Of a stretch of 64,000 nucleotides of DNA, positions 37,902 to 46,918 are shown in pieces. A program made the translations under genes and the position numbers. A model generated the notes under the pieces. It saw only the letters and a program-made list of their open reading frames with translations, did not search any database and was not told the DNA's origin. The DNA is from Chloroflexota bacterium (GTDB lineage: Bacteria; Chloroflexota; Dehalococcoidia; JABGRK01): NCBI GenBank assembly GCA_018648325.1, contig JABGRK010000010.1:200621-264620 (forward strand), in the 5' to 3' direction. The stretch's first letter is position 1, and each line of letters opens with the position of its first letter.

Positions 37902-39122
37902 TTAGTCGAGGTAGGCTTGCAGTGTTTCCCCCACGATTCGCGGCGGTGTCCATTTGTCGGGTGGATGCAGCCGGGGCAGCTTTTCAGGCACCCACTCAGT
38001 AGTTTTTACGCAACGCATTTTAATGGCATTTGGCTCGCACCACAGGGCACATCCGGCGCAACCCCAGCACTTGTCAGCATTTAAAACCGCTACAGTAGTG
38101 CCACCCACATCCTTCATTTCCATGGCCTGCCACGGGCATTTACCGGCACATATCCCGCAGCCGTTGCAAATGTCCACATCTATTTCCGGCTGCCAGCGTG
38201 ATTTCGCCCAGCCCCGGTGCTTCTGAGAAATGTCGTGCTGGTTCATGGCAACCCACAGATGGCAGCAGCAGTCGCAGCAGTAACATAGCGTTGATGCCGG
38301 CATGTCGCGGTTGTTTGTGTACGAGCCTGCTAATCCCTCAACAGACGCTTGCTCCATAATAGCAAGCAGTTCGTCTTTATCTATCCTGCGCCCGATACCC
38401 TTTGACAGCGAATACTCGGCTTCCCTGTCAAACAGCAGGCAGGCGTCCATTTGAGTCCTGTCGCATTTGTTATCGCTGCCTGCAATTTGTACGCGGCAGG
38501 GGCATGGTATTTCCACACACAGCTCGGTAGAAGCGGCGATGGCGCGCTGATCCTCCCAAGGTTCTATTTGATCTCGATCAGGGCTGGCGGTAAGCGCCTT
38601 CCAGGACGGCAGGATACGGCGCTGTGGCGGTTGCTCTTGCTTTGTGGCCCGCAGGCGAGATACACATTGCCACTCGCTCTCCTCGTGTTGTATGAAGTCG
38701 CTCCACAGTTTGGCAAGCTCGGGATAGTCACCCAGATTTGGATTAAGCAGCGTTGATTTGTGCAACTTTCCGGAGGATAACCTATATCTGTACCCTTCGC
38801 CCGTTTTAAAATCGCGCGGGTATATCAATCCCTTTATATGCAGGCTGTCCAGCGTTTTTTTTACCGTATCCACGTTGGCATTAATTGTCGCTGCTATCTG
38901 GTCAGACGGTACTGGCGCCCATATGATTTGCGTGCATACTTTGGCCTCAAGCGGTGTCAGTAGATATTCCAATATGCGACGAAAGCGTATGCTACCGGGG
39001 TAGCCGCTGGCAGCAATGAGGCGGCCGCATTCGTCTTTCTGGGCCAACACCTTCTGCTTCCACCCGGCCTCGGACAGATCCCGCCACTGTGCACTGTTTT
39101 TGTCGTTTGAAATTGCCATCAC
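37902..39122 (-). CDS. Fe-S protein: N-terminal winged-helix-like region, Cys cluster (CYCCDCCCH), and two 4Fe-4S ferredoxin motifs (CNGCGICAGKCP, CWGCAGCALWCEP)
   Basis: 406 aa. Motifs read directly from the translation. Function unknown. Confidence 0.6.
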   Translation of the reverse strand: MMAISNDKNSAQWRDLSEAGWKQKVLAQKDECGRLIAASGYPGSIRFRRILEYLLTPLEAKVCTQIIWAPVPSDQIAATINANVDTVKKTLDSLHIKGLIYPRDFKTGEGYRYRLSSGKLHKSTLLNPNLGDYPELAKLWSDFIQHEESEWQCVSRLRATKQEQPPQRRILPSWKALTASPDRDQIEPWEDQRAIAASTELCVEIPCPCRVQIAGSDNKCDRTQMDACLLFDREAEYSLSKGIGRRIDKDELLAIMEQASVEGLAGSYTNNRDMPASTLCYCCDCCCHLWVAMNQHDISQKHRGWAKSRWQPEIDVDICNGCGICAGKCPWQAMEMKDVGGTTVAVLNADKCWGCAGCALWCEPNAIKMRCVKTTEWVPEKLPRLHPPDKWTPPRIVGETLQAYLD

Positions 39123-39250
39123 TTATATAGGATTGTAACAGCAGCGCTTGCCGGGCGGCAACTGTGTGAACCACCGTGTAGTATTGAAATAACCGGCCTA
39201 AAAATGTTATCATCCGTCTTACTTATCCCTGTGCATGAAAGAGAGTTATA

Positions 39251-41938
39251 ATGGAGCGCATGAAGGTTTTCTTTGAGCCCAAAAGCGTGGCTCTTCTCGG
39301 TGCTACCGATCGAAAAGGATCGGTGGGCAGGGTTACGCTAAAGAACCTGCTTGCCTCAGGAGATGCCCGGCATGTATATGCGGTAAATCCGGGACACGAG
39401 ACGTTGCTTTCTGACATCAAGTGTTACCATTCAGTTGATTTACTTCCCGAAGTTCCTGATCTGGCAGTAATCGTCGTTCCTGCCGAGCGTGTTGCCGCAG
39501 CACTTGAGGAATGCGGTCAGTTCGGCGTCAAATCAGTTATCATCATCACAGCCGGTTTCAAGGAGGCGGGCGCAGAGGGCCGCAAGCGCGAGCAGAAGGT
39601 TCTCAAAATTGCCGCTAGGTACGATATCAGGGTAATGGGCCCCAACTGTATGGGTATAATCAGGCCCAAGTCCAACCTCAACACCACCTTTATCAAGCAC
39701 ATGCCAAAGGCAGGCAATGTCGCTTTTATATCGCAAAGCGGCGCACTGGGTGCAGGCATACTTGACTGGGCCATGAGCAAGAATATCGGCCTTAGCGCAT
39801 TTGTTTCGCTGGGTTCTATGTCCGATGTCGATTTCGGAGATATGATAGATTTCTTCGGCGAAGACCAATATGCCCGCAGTATAATCATTTACCCGGAATC
39901 AATAGGCAGCGCCAAGAAATTTATGAGTGCAGCCCGGGGATTTTCCAGAACCAAGCCCATCATCGTACTCAAACCCGGTAAGTTTAAGGAGAGCATCAAG
40001 GCGGCCATGTCTCATACGGGTGCCATGGTTGGCCGCGATATGTATTATGATGCGGTATTCGGACGTGCAGGTGTTGTCAGGGTTGATGAGATAAAAGACC
40101 TGTTTAACTGCGCTTCCATTCTTAACACTGCCAAGCTGCCCAAGGGCCCAAACCTGGCCATAGTGTCCAACGGCGGTGGTCCGGCGGTGCTGGCAACCGA
40201 CAGCCTGCTGGGCAGGGGTGGTAAGCTGGCCAAGCTTAGCAAGGAAACCATCACGTCGCTGGCTGAAGTACTGCCTCCTATGTGGAGCAAGTCAAACCCT
40301 GTTGACCTTTTTGAGGATGCAGACCTGTCCCGCTTTGAAAAATCGATCGAAACCGTGCTACAGGATAAGGGTGTTAACGGCGTGCTTGTCATTTTCTCGC
40401 CCCAGGGCAACTTGGTTTCTGCCGATCTGGCCAGTGCAGTTATTAAACTATCAAAAAAGGCAAAGAAGCCTATTCTGGTGACGCTGATGGGAGAACACGG
40501 GGTGGCTGAAGCCAGAAACGTGCTTCATGAGAACAACGTTCCTGCTTACGGATTTCCGGAAGAAGCGATAAAAACATATATATACATGTACCAGTACGCC
40601 AACAGCCTTCAGACCCTGTATGAGATGCCGGATGAATCGCTGCTGGATGTGGATGCGCCCAAAAACCACCTTAAAACGCTGATAAGCAAAGCGCAGCGTG
40701 AGGGCCGGGCGATTCTGGATGAGGAAGATTCGCGCAAGTTTTTGCGGTCATATGGAATTCCGGTAATGGGTGATGCCAACACACAATGCATAGCCAGCAG
40801 CCCTGAAATCGCCGCCAATTTAGCCTCACGCATGGGGTATCCGGTGGTGATGAAGGTATCGTCGCCGGACATACTTCACCGGTCTGATGTGGGCGGTGTG
40901 ATCCCCAACGTCCACTCCGACGGAGAGGCCAAAGAAGCGTTTGATCAGATACTTGCCAGCGTTAAGCAGAAGATGCCCGATGCTCGAGTCGATGGAGTCA
41001 GCGTGCATCAGATGGTCAAGGACTATGACTACGAGCTTATCGTTGGTAGCAAAAAGTCACCCTTGTTCGGACCGGTCATAATGTTCGGACGAGGCGGTAT
41101 TGAGGCGGAATTCTTCATGGATTTTGCCGTCGAGTTACCCCCGATCAATCAGGTGCTGGCCAGAAAACTGCTGAAACAGACCAAGATTTATGATCTGCTG
41201 CTCAATGGATTCAGATTCAAGCCCCCGGTTGATCTGCGAGTACTGGAGGAGATTTTAGTACGCCTCTCCAATCTGATAATCGATTTTCCGGAAATAAAGG
41301 AGATCGATATAAATCCGCTGGTTGTTAAGGGCAACAGCGCTATTGCTCTGGATGAAAAGATAATTCTGGATGAAAGTGTAACCAACGGGCATGCGCATGA
41401 CTATTCACATATGATAATCTCGCCTTACCCCAACAGGCTTGTACAGCCGTGGAAATGCAGGGATGGCAGGAGTGTAGTAATCAGGCCCATCAGACCTGAG
41501 GATGAGCAGTTGCAACGTGATTTTCTGGAGGGTCTGTCCGAAGAGTCGATGCGCTATAGGTTCTTCTATGTAATCAAGGACATATCCCACGATATGCTCA
41601 CCAGGTTCTGCAACATAGACTATGATCGCGAAATGGCCTTTATTGCAGAATACTCAGGCAATGGCAGCAGAAGAAGCGTAGGCACGGGCAGGTTGCTTAT
41701 CGATTCCGACGGACAGAAGGCGGAATTCGCCATTATGGTGGCCGATGATTTTCATGGCGTGGGGCTGGGTCTTAAGCTATGCGATCTGCTCATAGGCGTG
41801 GGCAGAGAAAAGGGTGTCACGCAGATATACGCCATTGTGCTCAACGAAAATGTCAAGATGATCAACCTGGGTAAGCGTCTTAACTTCAGCGTCCAGCGAC
41901 TTTCTGCTGAAGAGACCAAACTCACACTTGAACTATAG
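39251..41938 (+). CDS. NDP-forming acyl-CoA synthetase (ACD alpha+beta fused) with C-terminal GNAT domain: Pat/PatZ-like protein acetyltransferase architecture
   Basis: CoA-binding N-terminus (VALLGATDRKGSVG). Conserved phospho-His region (MSHTGAMVG). ATP-grasp segment. C-terminal GNAT motif (AIMVADDFHGVGLGLKL). Confidence 0.8.
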   Translation: MERMKVFFEPKSVALLGATDRKGSVGRVTLKNLLASGDARHVYAVNPGHETLLSDIKCYHSVDLLPEVPDLAVIVVPAERVAAALEECGQFGVKSVIIITAGFKEAGAEGRKREQKVLKIAARYDIRVMGPNCMGIIRPKSNLNTTFIKHMPKAGNVAFISQSGALGAGILDWAMSKNIGLSAFVSLGSMSDVDFGDMIDFFGEDQYARSIIIYPESIGSAKKFMSAARGFSRTKPIIVLKPGKFKESIKAAMSHTGAMVGRDMYYDAVFGRAGVVRVDEIKDLFNCASILNTAKLPKGPNLAIVSNGGGPAVLATDSLLGRGGKLAKLSKETITSLAEVLPPMWSKSNPVDLFEDADLSRFEKSIETVLQDKGVNGVLVIFSPQGNLVSADLASAVIKLSKKAKKPILVTLMGEHGVAEARNVLHENNVPAYGFPEEAIKTYIYMYQYANSLQTLYEMPDESLLDVDAPKNHLKTLISKAQREGRAILDEEDSRKFLRSYGIPVMGDANTQCIASSPEIAANLASRMGYPVVMKVSSPDILHRSDVGGVIPNVHSDGEAKEAFDQILASVKQKMPDARVDGVSVHQMVKDYDYELIVGSKKSPLFGPVIMFGRGGIEAEFFMDFAVELPPINQVLARKLLKQTKIYDLLLNGFRFKPPVDLRVLEEILVRLSNLIIDFPEIKEIDINPLVVKGNSAIALDEKIILDESVTNGHAHDYSHMIISPYPNRLVQPWKCRDGRSVVIRPIRPEDEQLQRDFLEGLSEESMRYRFFYVIKDISHDMLTRFCNIDYDREMAFIAEYSGNGSRRSVGTGRLLIDSDGQKAEFAIMVADDFHGVGLGLKLCDLLIGVGREKGVTQIYAIVLNENVKMINLGKRLNFSVQRLSAEETKLTLEL

Positions 41939-42163
41939 GGATAATTACCCTCAATCAACTAAACATCAATGGTTCACGATGTTCAGGATCTGTTTGTGAT
42001 AATGATCACTGCCACAAGGGCCGCATTCCTGATGGTTTTATTAAGGGTGAGAACGTGTACTCACTAGTGGATCACGATGAAAACTGCGGGTTTGTATACT
42101 GCTCCGATAATGAAACTGAGGTGATCAAACTCACGCTGAAATAGCAGTTGTCCATCGTGATTA

Positions 42164-42197
42164 TAAAAAAAGCCCTGCCATCAAGCAGGGTCTTTTT
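42164..42197 (+). terminator. Bidirectional rho-independent terminator (AAAAAAAGCCCTGC-CATCAA-GCAGGGTCTTTTT)
   Basis: Stem flanked by an A-tract and a T-tract. Serves the + strand Pat-like gene and the - strand tRNA/glmS unit. Confidence 0.6.
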
Positions 42198-42215
42198 AGT
42201 TTGATAGAATGTTTT

Positions 42216-42291
42216 TGGTGGAGCTGGGGGGACTCGAACCCCCGACCTCCTGTCTGCCAGACAGGCGCTCTCCCAATTGAGCTACAGCCCC
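42216..42291 (-). tRNA. tRNA-Ala (anticodon GGC), CCA encoded
   Basis: Anticodon stem CCUGU/ACAGG with loop CUGGCAG. G3:U70. 3' ACCA. Confidence 0.9.
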
Positions 42292-42366
42292 ATGGATCAC
42301 ACATAAAAATGTATCATAAAACGGCGTATGAATACAAGCGGGGACACCTGTGATCAACACAAATGA

Positions 42367-44139
42367 CTATTTGACGGTGACCGACTTGGCCAGATTACGC
42401 GGTTTGTCCGGGTCTTTGCCCCGCCTTATTGCCAGATAGTAGGCCATTAGTTGCAACGGCAGTACCACTGACAGAGGATAGAATATATCTTCCACCTCAG
42501 GAACCTTGATCCACTCATCATATATCTCGTTATACCTGTCCGAAATACCTATGATAAAGGCACCGCGTGCCTTGGTCTCAATAGCGTTGGATATTGTCTC
42601 ATGGTAGGTCTCATCGTTGGGGCATATAGCCACCACCGGCGTGCCCTCTTCTATCAGTGCTATAGTGCCGTGCTTGAGTTCTCCGGCAGGCATTCCCTCT
42701 GCGTGGATGTATGACAGCTCCTTGAGCTTTAGTGCCCCTTCGGAAGCCATGGCGAAGTTGATACCGCGTGCTATGTAGTAGAAGTTACCCTGATCGTATA
42801 GTTTATCCGCAAGCGTCATCAGGCTCTGGCTGTTCTCGGCAAAGCTGCCATTGATTCCCACCGACAGGCCTTTTAGTTTTTTAACGCCCTGGTCCAGCTT
42901 GTTCATCATGGCAAAGGCCAGCAGGTAGAAGATAACCAGCTGTGAGATAAACGACTTGGTTGCGGCAACGCATATCTCCGGGCCACAGTTCAGGTACAGC
43001 GCCTTGTGACTCATTCTGGCCAGTGACGAACCGGGCACGTTTACTATTGATACAATCTTGGCACCCTTAGCCTTGGCCAGTTTGACCCCTTCCATCACAT
43101 CGAGAGTCTCGCCGCTTTGGGATACCGCTATGACCACCGTATGCTTGTCAATGGAACTGGCGAAGTACTGGAACTCCGAGGCCATCACCACATCGCAGAA
43201 TTTGCTGGCAAGCTGAGAAAACAGGTATCTGCCTATCAATGCGGCGTAACGCGAGGAGCCGCAGGCCGCTATTATTACCTGCTTGGCCCGCAGGATATTC
43301 ATGGCAACATCCATTACGTGTTTCTTGTCCTGTGTGGCTGCACTCTGAATAGCCTCCGGCCCTTCGATGATCTCCTTGAGCATAAAATAATCATGGCCGT
43401 TCTTGCTTGCCTGATCCCACTCCCACTCAACCTTGACCGCTTTTCTCTTGACCTGTTTGCCCTTCTTGTTATATAACATGACGCCATCATCGGTGATGAC
43501 CGCCATCTCGTCGTCCTCCATAAAGATAACCTGATTCGTTTTCTCCAGAAACGAAAGCGCATCGCTGGCAACGAAGTACTCGCCATCGCCAACACCTATT
43601 ACCAGAGGGCTGGACCTCCTGACGGCCACTATCTTGCCGGGATCGTCAACCGAGATGACCGCCATCGCGTATGATCCCTCCAGTTGGCCGAGGGTGGCAG
43701 TAACCGCCTTTTCCAGAGGATCGCCATTTTTCATGTATGATTCAATGAGATGACCTATCACCTCTGTATCTGTCTCAGAAACAAAGTGATGCTCACCTTC
43801 CAGCTGATGGCGCAATTCCTGATAGTTCTCAATAATGCCGTTATGAACTATGGCCAGCTTGCCTTCGCAATCAGTATGAGGATGCGCGTTGGGGACATTT
43901 ACTACGCCGTGTGTAGCCCAGCGTACGTGTCCGATAGCGATGTTGCCGGGCAGTCCGTCCAGTGCGTACTTGCCCTGAACCTCGGCTATCTTGCCCACGT
44001 CTTTTTTGAGCAGTATCTCGTTGTCGTATATAGAAGCAACGCCAGCCGAATCATACCCGCGATATTCAAGACGCGTCAGCGCCCTTAACACAACGGGTGA
44101 GGCTTGCTCCTTACCTATGAATCCTACTATTCCACACAT
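42367..44139 (-). CDS. glmS: Glutamine--fructose-6-phosphate aminotransferase (isomerizing)
   Basis: N-terminal MCGIVG (Ntn Cys). Two SIS domains. C-terminal ...SVTVK. 590 aa. Confidence 0.95.
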   Translation of the reverse strand: MCGIVGFIGKEQASPVVLRALTRLEYRGYDSAGVASIYDNEILLKKDVGKIAEVQGKYALDGLPGNIAIGHVRWATHGVVNVPNAHPHTDCEGKLAIVHNGIIENYQELRHQLEGEHHFVSETDTEVIGHLIESYMKNGDPLEKAVTATLGQLEGSYAMAVISVDDPGKIVAVRRSSPLVIGVGDGEYFVASDALSFLEKTNQVIFMEDDEMAVITDDGVMLYNKKGKQVKRKAVKVEWEWDQASKNGHDYFMLKEIIEGPEAIQSAATQDKKHVMDVAMNILRAKQVIIAACGSSRYAALIGRYLFSQLASKFCDVVMASEFQYFASSIDKHTVVIAVSQSGETLDVMEGVKLAKAKGAKIVSIVNVPGSSLARMSHKALYLNCGPEICVAATKSFISQLVIFYLLAFAMMNKLDQGVKKLKGLSVGINGSFAENSQSLMTLADKLYDQGNFYYIARGINFAMASEGALKLKELSYIHAEGMPAGELKHGTIALIEEGTPVVAICPNDETYHETISNAIETKARGAFIIGISDRYNEIYDEWIKVPEVEDIFYPLSVVLPLQLMAYYLAIRRGKDPDKPRNLAKSVTVK

Positions 44140-44170
44140 GCTATATGCCTATTAATAATCGTTTATTGCT

Positions 44171-44209
44171 TCGTGTTGGGAGTATACCAGAAAGATATAG
44201 TTTTGGCAA
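44171..44209 (-). promoter_or_regulatory. Candidate sigma70 promoter for glmS (TTGCCA-17-TATACT on the minus strand)
   Basis: Found by reverse-complementing the AT-rich intergenic region. Confidence 0.35.
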
Positions 44210-44363
44210 TAGTTGTTGTTATGTCGAGTTATTGAAAGGCGTGTAATATTGGGCCTTGTTTTTGGATGCAGTGCAGGGCTTGACAATATACTGCTTGACA
44301 GGCAATAGTGTTTGAAAAAGAATTGGCAATTGATCTGAATCATATCGAAATTGAGGTTCTAGC

Positions 44364-46040
44364 ATGTATGATCCCAGCCAAAACGAGGTTATACAGGTCC
44401 TGGTGGAAGAGCTGGAGAGAATCGGTGGTGCGGCTGCTCCTCATGACGTGATCGTAAAAATGGGTCAGCGTTTTGGGCTTCCAATAGATGAAAGCAACAT
44501 AACTACCGATCCTGCAAACAAGTTATTTCGGCACAAGGTTTACTGTGCCGCATCTATAGCACGTACCAAACGTGGGTTGCTTGAGCCTGCCTCCAGGAGC
44601 GGCAGGGGGCACTGGATGCTTAATCCCGCATACAAGCAGCAGATGGGTAAAGCGAGTGTTGATCAGGATCATATCCCTCCGCCCGTTATGGAGATTCAAA
44701 AGCCGGTAGTCCAGGCCTCTGAGCCAAAGACAGACCAGCTACCTGTCGTATCGTCGCTGCCGGAGACTAGACCTTCTTTGGAATTAACATCTGATCATAA
44801 TATATTAGCAGCGCAGACCTCTGATCCAGAGATAGAACGGCTACCTGCCGTATCGTCGCTGCCGGAGACTAGACCTTCTTTGGAATTAACATCTGATCTG
44901 AGTGCACTGGTAACAGAAGCACAAGAGCCGAAGACAGCACCACTGCGTGATATCCCATTTCAGCACGTGCCCAAGCCCCCCAGAAGATTCACATCTGATT
45001 TGAGTATGGACGTATGGGTTGTTTTAACAGTCGGAGCAATTGCTACTCTTTTTGTCATTGCGGGTGCTTTTAGCAGTGCCGTTTCATCAGGTGATCTGCT
45101 GTTGGGCTATCCGGCCTGGGATTGGGTAAGGCTTGGCGCTATGGCTTATCTGGCATGTCTGGTTATTCTGTTGCACGCTGTGGCCAGAAGACGTGCCGGA
45201 AGCAGTCCCAAAGCGCTTCTAATTATCTGGGGTGCGAGATTGGCTGGAATTGTGGCCACTATATTCATCGTGCTGGGGCTGATAAGTGATAGACTTCTTG
45301 ATTACTCGGGCCAGAGCTGGATACAAATGGGGTCTGTAGCATTCCTGATTTGTGCCGTTGCCCTGGTTTACATTATCGTACCCAAGGACAAGTTGGATTA
45401 TGGCCGGTCGCTGTGGCGCAATGAGATGTGGGCTGCTATTGGGCTTGCAGTTGTTTCCAGCATCCTTATTTTTGTAGGGGTTTTGGAGGGGATTTTGGGA
45501 TCGGCAGAGGTGGTGCTGGGATATACGGCACTTACCTGGATAAAAATAGGAGCGCTGGGTTATCTGGTTTGTACCATTGTGTTGCTTCATTCCATTGTAA
45601 GACAGGATGAGGAGAGTTCTGTTGGTAGCATTGTAATACTTTTGGCCCGAATCGTTTTTATGCTTTCCACCGTTGTGGCGTCCGTGGGGATCATAGGTGG
45701 GCTGGTGGCTGATCCGGTGGCGTACCGGGTGTTTGGTTATCCGGTGCTGGATTGGATTGAACTGGGTGCGGTGGGCTACTTCATGTCTATAGCGTTGTTG
45801 CTTTACAGCGTGGCGCAGCGGTATACCAATATGTCGCTTGGGATTTTAAGCATATGGGTTGCCAGAGGTTTTGGTGTTTTGGCAACCGGTCTGGTTTTGG
45901 TGGGACTTACGGGATGGCTCACAACCGATGCCGATTCTTTTTTGGGATACGACAGTTGGGGCTGGATACACCTTGGTGTGGTGCTGTACCTGGTTTTTGC
46001 CATTACCTCGATATACGGGATGACTGAGAAAAAGAGCTGA
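44364..46040 (+). CDS. Mrr-N-like winged-helix N-domain + Pro/Glu-rich linker with a perfect 19-aa repeat + 5 tandem ~60-aa two-helix membrane repeats
   Basis: N-terminus (IQVLVEELERIGGAAAPHDVIVKMGQRFGL...W.L) matches the Mrr_N pattern. The repeats LGYPAWDWVRLGAMAYLACLVILLHAV, LGYTALTWIKIGALGYLVCTIVLLHSI, FGYPVLDWIELGAVGYFMSIALLLYSV and LGYDSWGWIHLGVVLYLVFAI are visible by eye. Confidence 0.6.
   Translation: MYDPSQNEVIQVLVEELERIGGAAAPHDVIVKMGQRFGLPIDESNITTDPANKLFRHKVYCAASIARTKRGLLEPASRSGRGHWMLNPAYKQQMGKASVDQDHIPPPVMEIQKPVVQASEPKTDQLPVVSSLPETRPSLELTSDHNILAAQTSDPEIERLPAVSSLPETRPSLELTSDLSALVTEAQEPKTAPLRDIPFQHVPKPPRRFTSDLSMDVWVVLTVGAIATLFVIAGAFSSAVSSGDLLLGYPAWDWVRLGAMAYLACLVILLHAVARRRAGSSPKALLIIWGARLAGIVATIFIVLGLISDRLLDYSGQSWIQMGSVAFLICAVALVYIIVPKDKLDYGRSLWRNEMWAAIGLAVVSSILIFVGVLEGILGSAEVVLGYTALTWIKIGALGYLVCTIVLLHSIVRQDEESSVGSIVILLARIVFMLSTVVASVGIIGGLVADPVAYRVFGYPVLDWIELGAVGYFMSIALLLYSVAQRYTNMSLGILSIWVARGFGVLATGLVLVGLTGWLTTDADSFLGYDSWGWIHLGVVLYLVFAITSIYGMTEKKS
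44739..44898 (+). repeat. Two copies of a 58-nt direct repeat (1 mismatch) 102 nt apart inside the 44364 gene, encoding LP(V/A)VSSLPETRPSLELTSD
   Basis: Copy 1 is CTACCTGTCGTATCGTCGCTGCCGGAGACTAGACCTTCTTTGGAATTAACATCTGATC (44739..44796). The same unit with one T-to-C change recurs at 44841..44898. Confidence 0.85.
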
Positions 46041-46080
46041 CCTCACTATTCTTTCTATAACTTCGCAATCGTTTGTGAAG

Positions 46081-46914
46081 TTACTCTGTGGCCGTAGCCT
46101 TTCTTTTTCTCCTACTTCGTAGTTTGGTAGTTCCCAGGTATGCAAACAATACCGCGCCGCTCAGCAGTATAATCGTTGCCCCCGACGGGACGTCCAGTAT
46201 ATAGGACAGCCACAGTCCGGCGTATGTAAACAGTATGCCGAAAAGCGTGGCAAGCCCCATCATCTTTTTAAGATCATAAGTAAACTGTCGTGCCAGCGTG
46301 GCTGGTATGGTCAGCAAGGCTATTACCAGAATTATACCCACCACCTTGATCAGTACTACTATGGTCAGGGCAATAAGGCACAGCAGCAGCAGATGCAGCA
46401 CTTTTACCGGAACGCCTGCTATGGCACTGAACTCCCTGTCGAATGACATGGACAGAAATTCTTTGAACAGCGCCAGTACGGCAATAATTATCACGGCATC
46501 CAGAATTATCATCAGTATCAGGTCGGCAGATTTCACCGTAAGTATGTTGCCGAAAAGATAGCTGAAAAGGTCCGGCGTATATCCCGGTGCCAGCCCGATA
46601 AAGATAGTGCCTACCGCCATTCCCATGGCCCACAATATACCGATGGTGGTGTCCTCGGTCAGTTTTGTTCTTTGAGTGATAACGCCGATGCCCAGCGCTG
46701 AGGCTACGGCAAATATCATGGCTCCAATTACAGGGTTTATGCCGATCAGGTACCCCAGTCCTACTCCGCCGAATGATGTGTGGGCGATACCACCGCTGAT
46801 GAAAACCACCCTTTTTGATACAACGTAAGTTCCCACAATACCGCAGGCTATAGCCGCCAGCAGCCCGGCGGCAAGCGCGTTTTGCATAAATTCAAATCTT
46901 AGTACTTCAAACAT
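46081..46914 (-). CDS. znuB: Zinc/manganese ABC transporter permease (ABC-3 family)
   Basis: 277 aa, 8 TM, ABC-3 pattern. Confidence 0.85.
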   Translation of the reverse strand: MFEVLRFEFMQNALAAGLLAAIACGIVGTYVVSKRVVFISGGIAHTSFGGVGLGYLIGINPVIGAMIFAVASALGIGVITQRTKLTEDTTIGILWAMGMAVGTIFIGLAPGYTPDLFSYLFGNILTVKSADLILMIILDAVIIIAVLALFKEFLSMSFDREFSAIAGVPVKVLHLLLLCLIALTIVVLIKVVGIILVIALLTIPATLARQFTYDLKKMMGLATLFGILFTYAGLWLSYILDVPSGATIILLSGAVLFAYLGTTKLRSRRKRKATATE

Positions 46915-46918
46915 GGCT

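Noticed and set aside
41939-42160. Cys/His-rich reading frame (…CSGSVCDNDHCHKGRIPDGFIKGENVYSLVDHDENCGFVYCSDNETEVIKLTLK) downstream of the Pat-like gene
   Set aside because: No ATG, GTG or TTG start codon with an RBS in frame after the upstream stop. Probably non-coding or a decayed remnant.
44140-44363. glmS ribozyme upstream of glmS
   Set aside because: The intergenic region is AT-rich with promoter-like hexamers but none of the conserved glmS ribozyme core stretches. Only a promoter was called.
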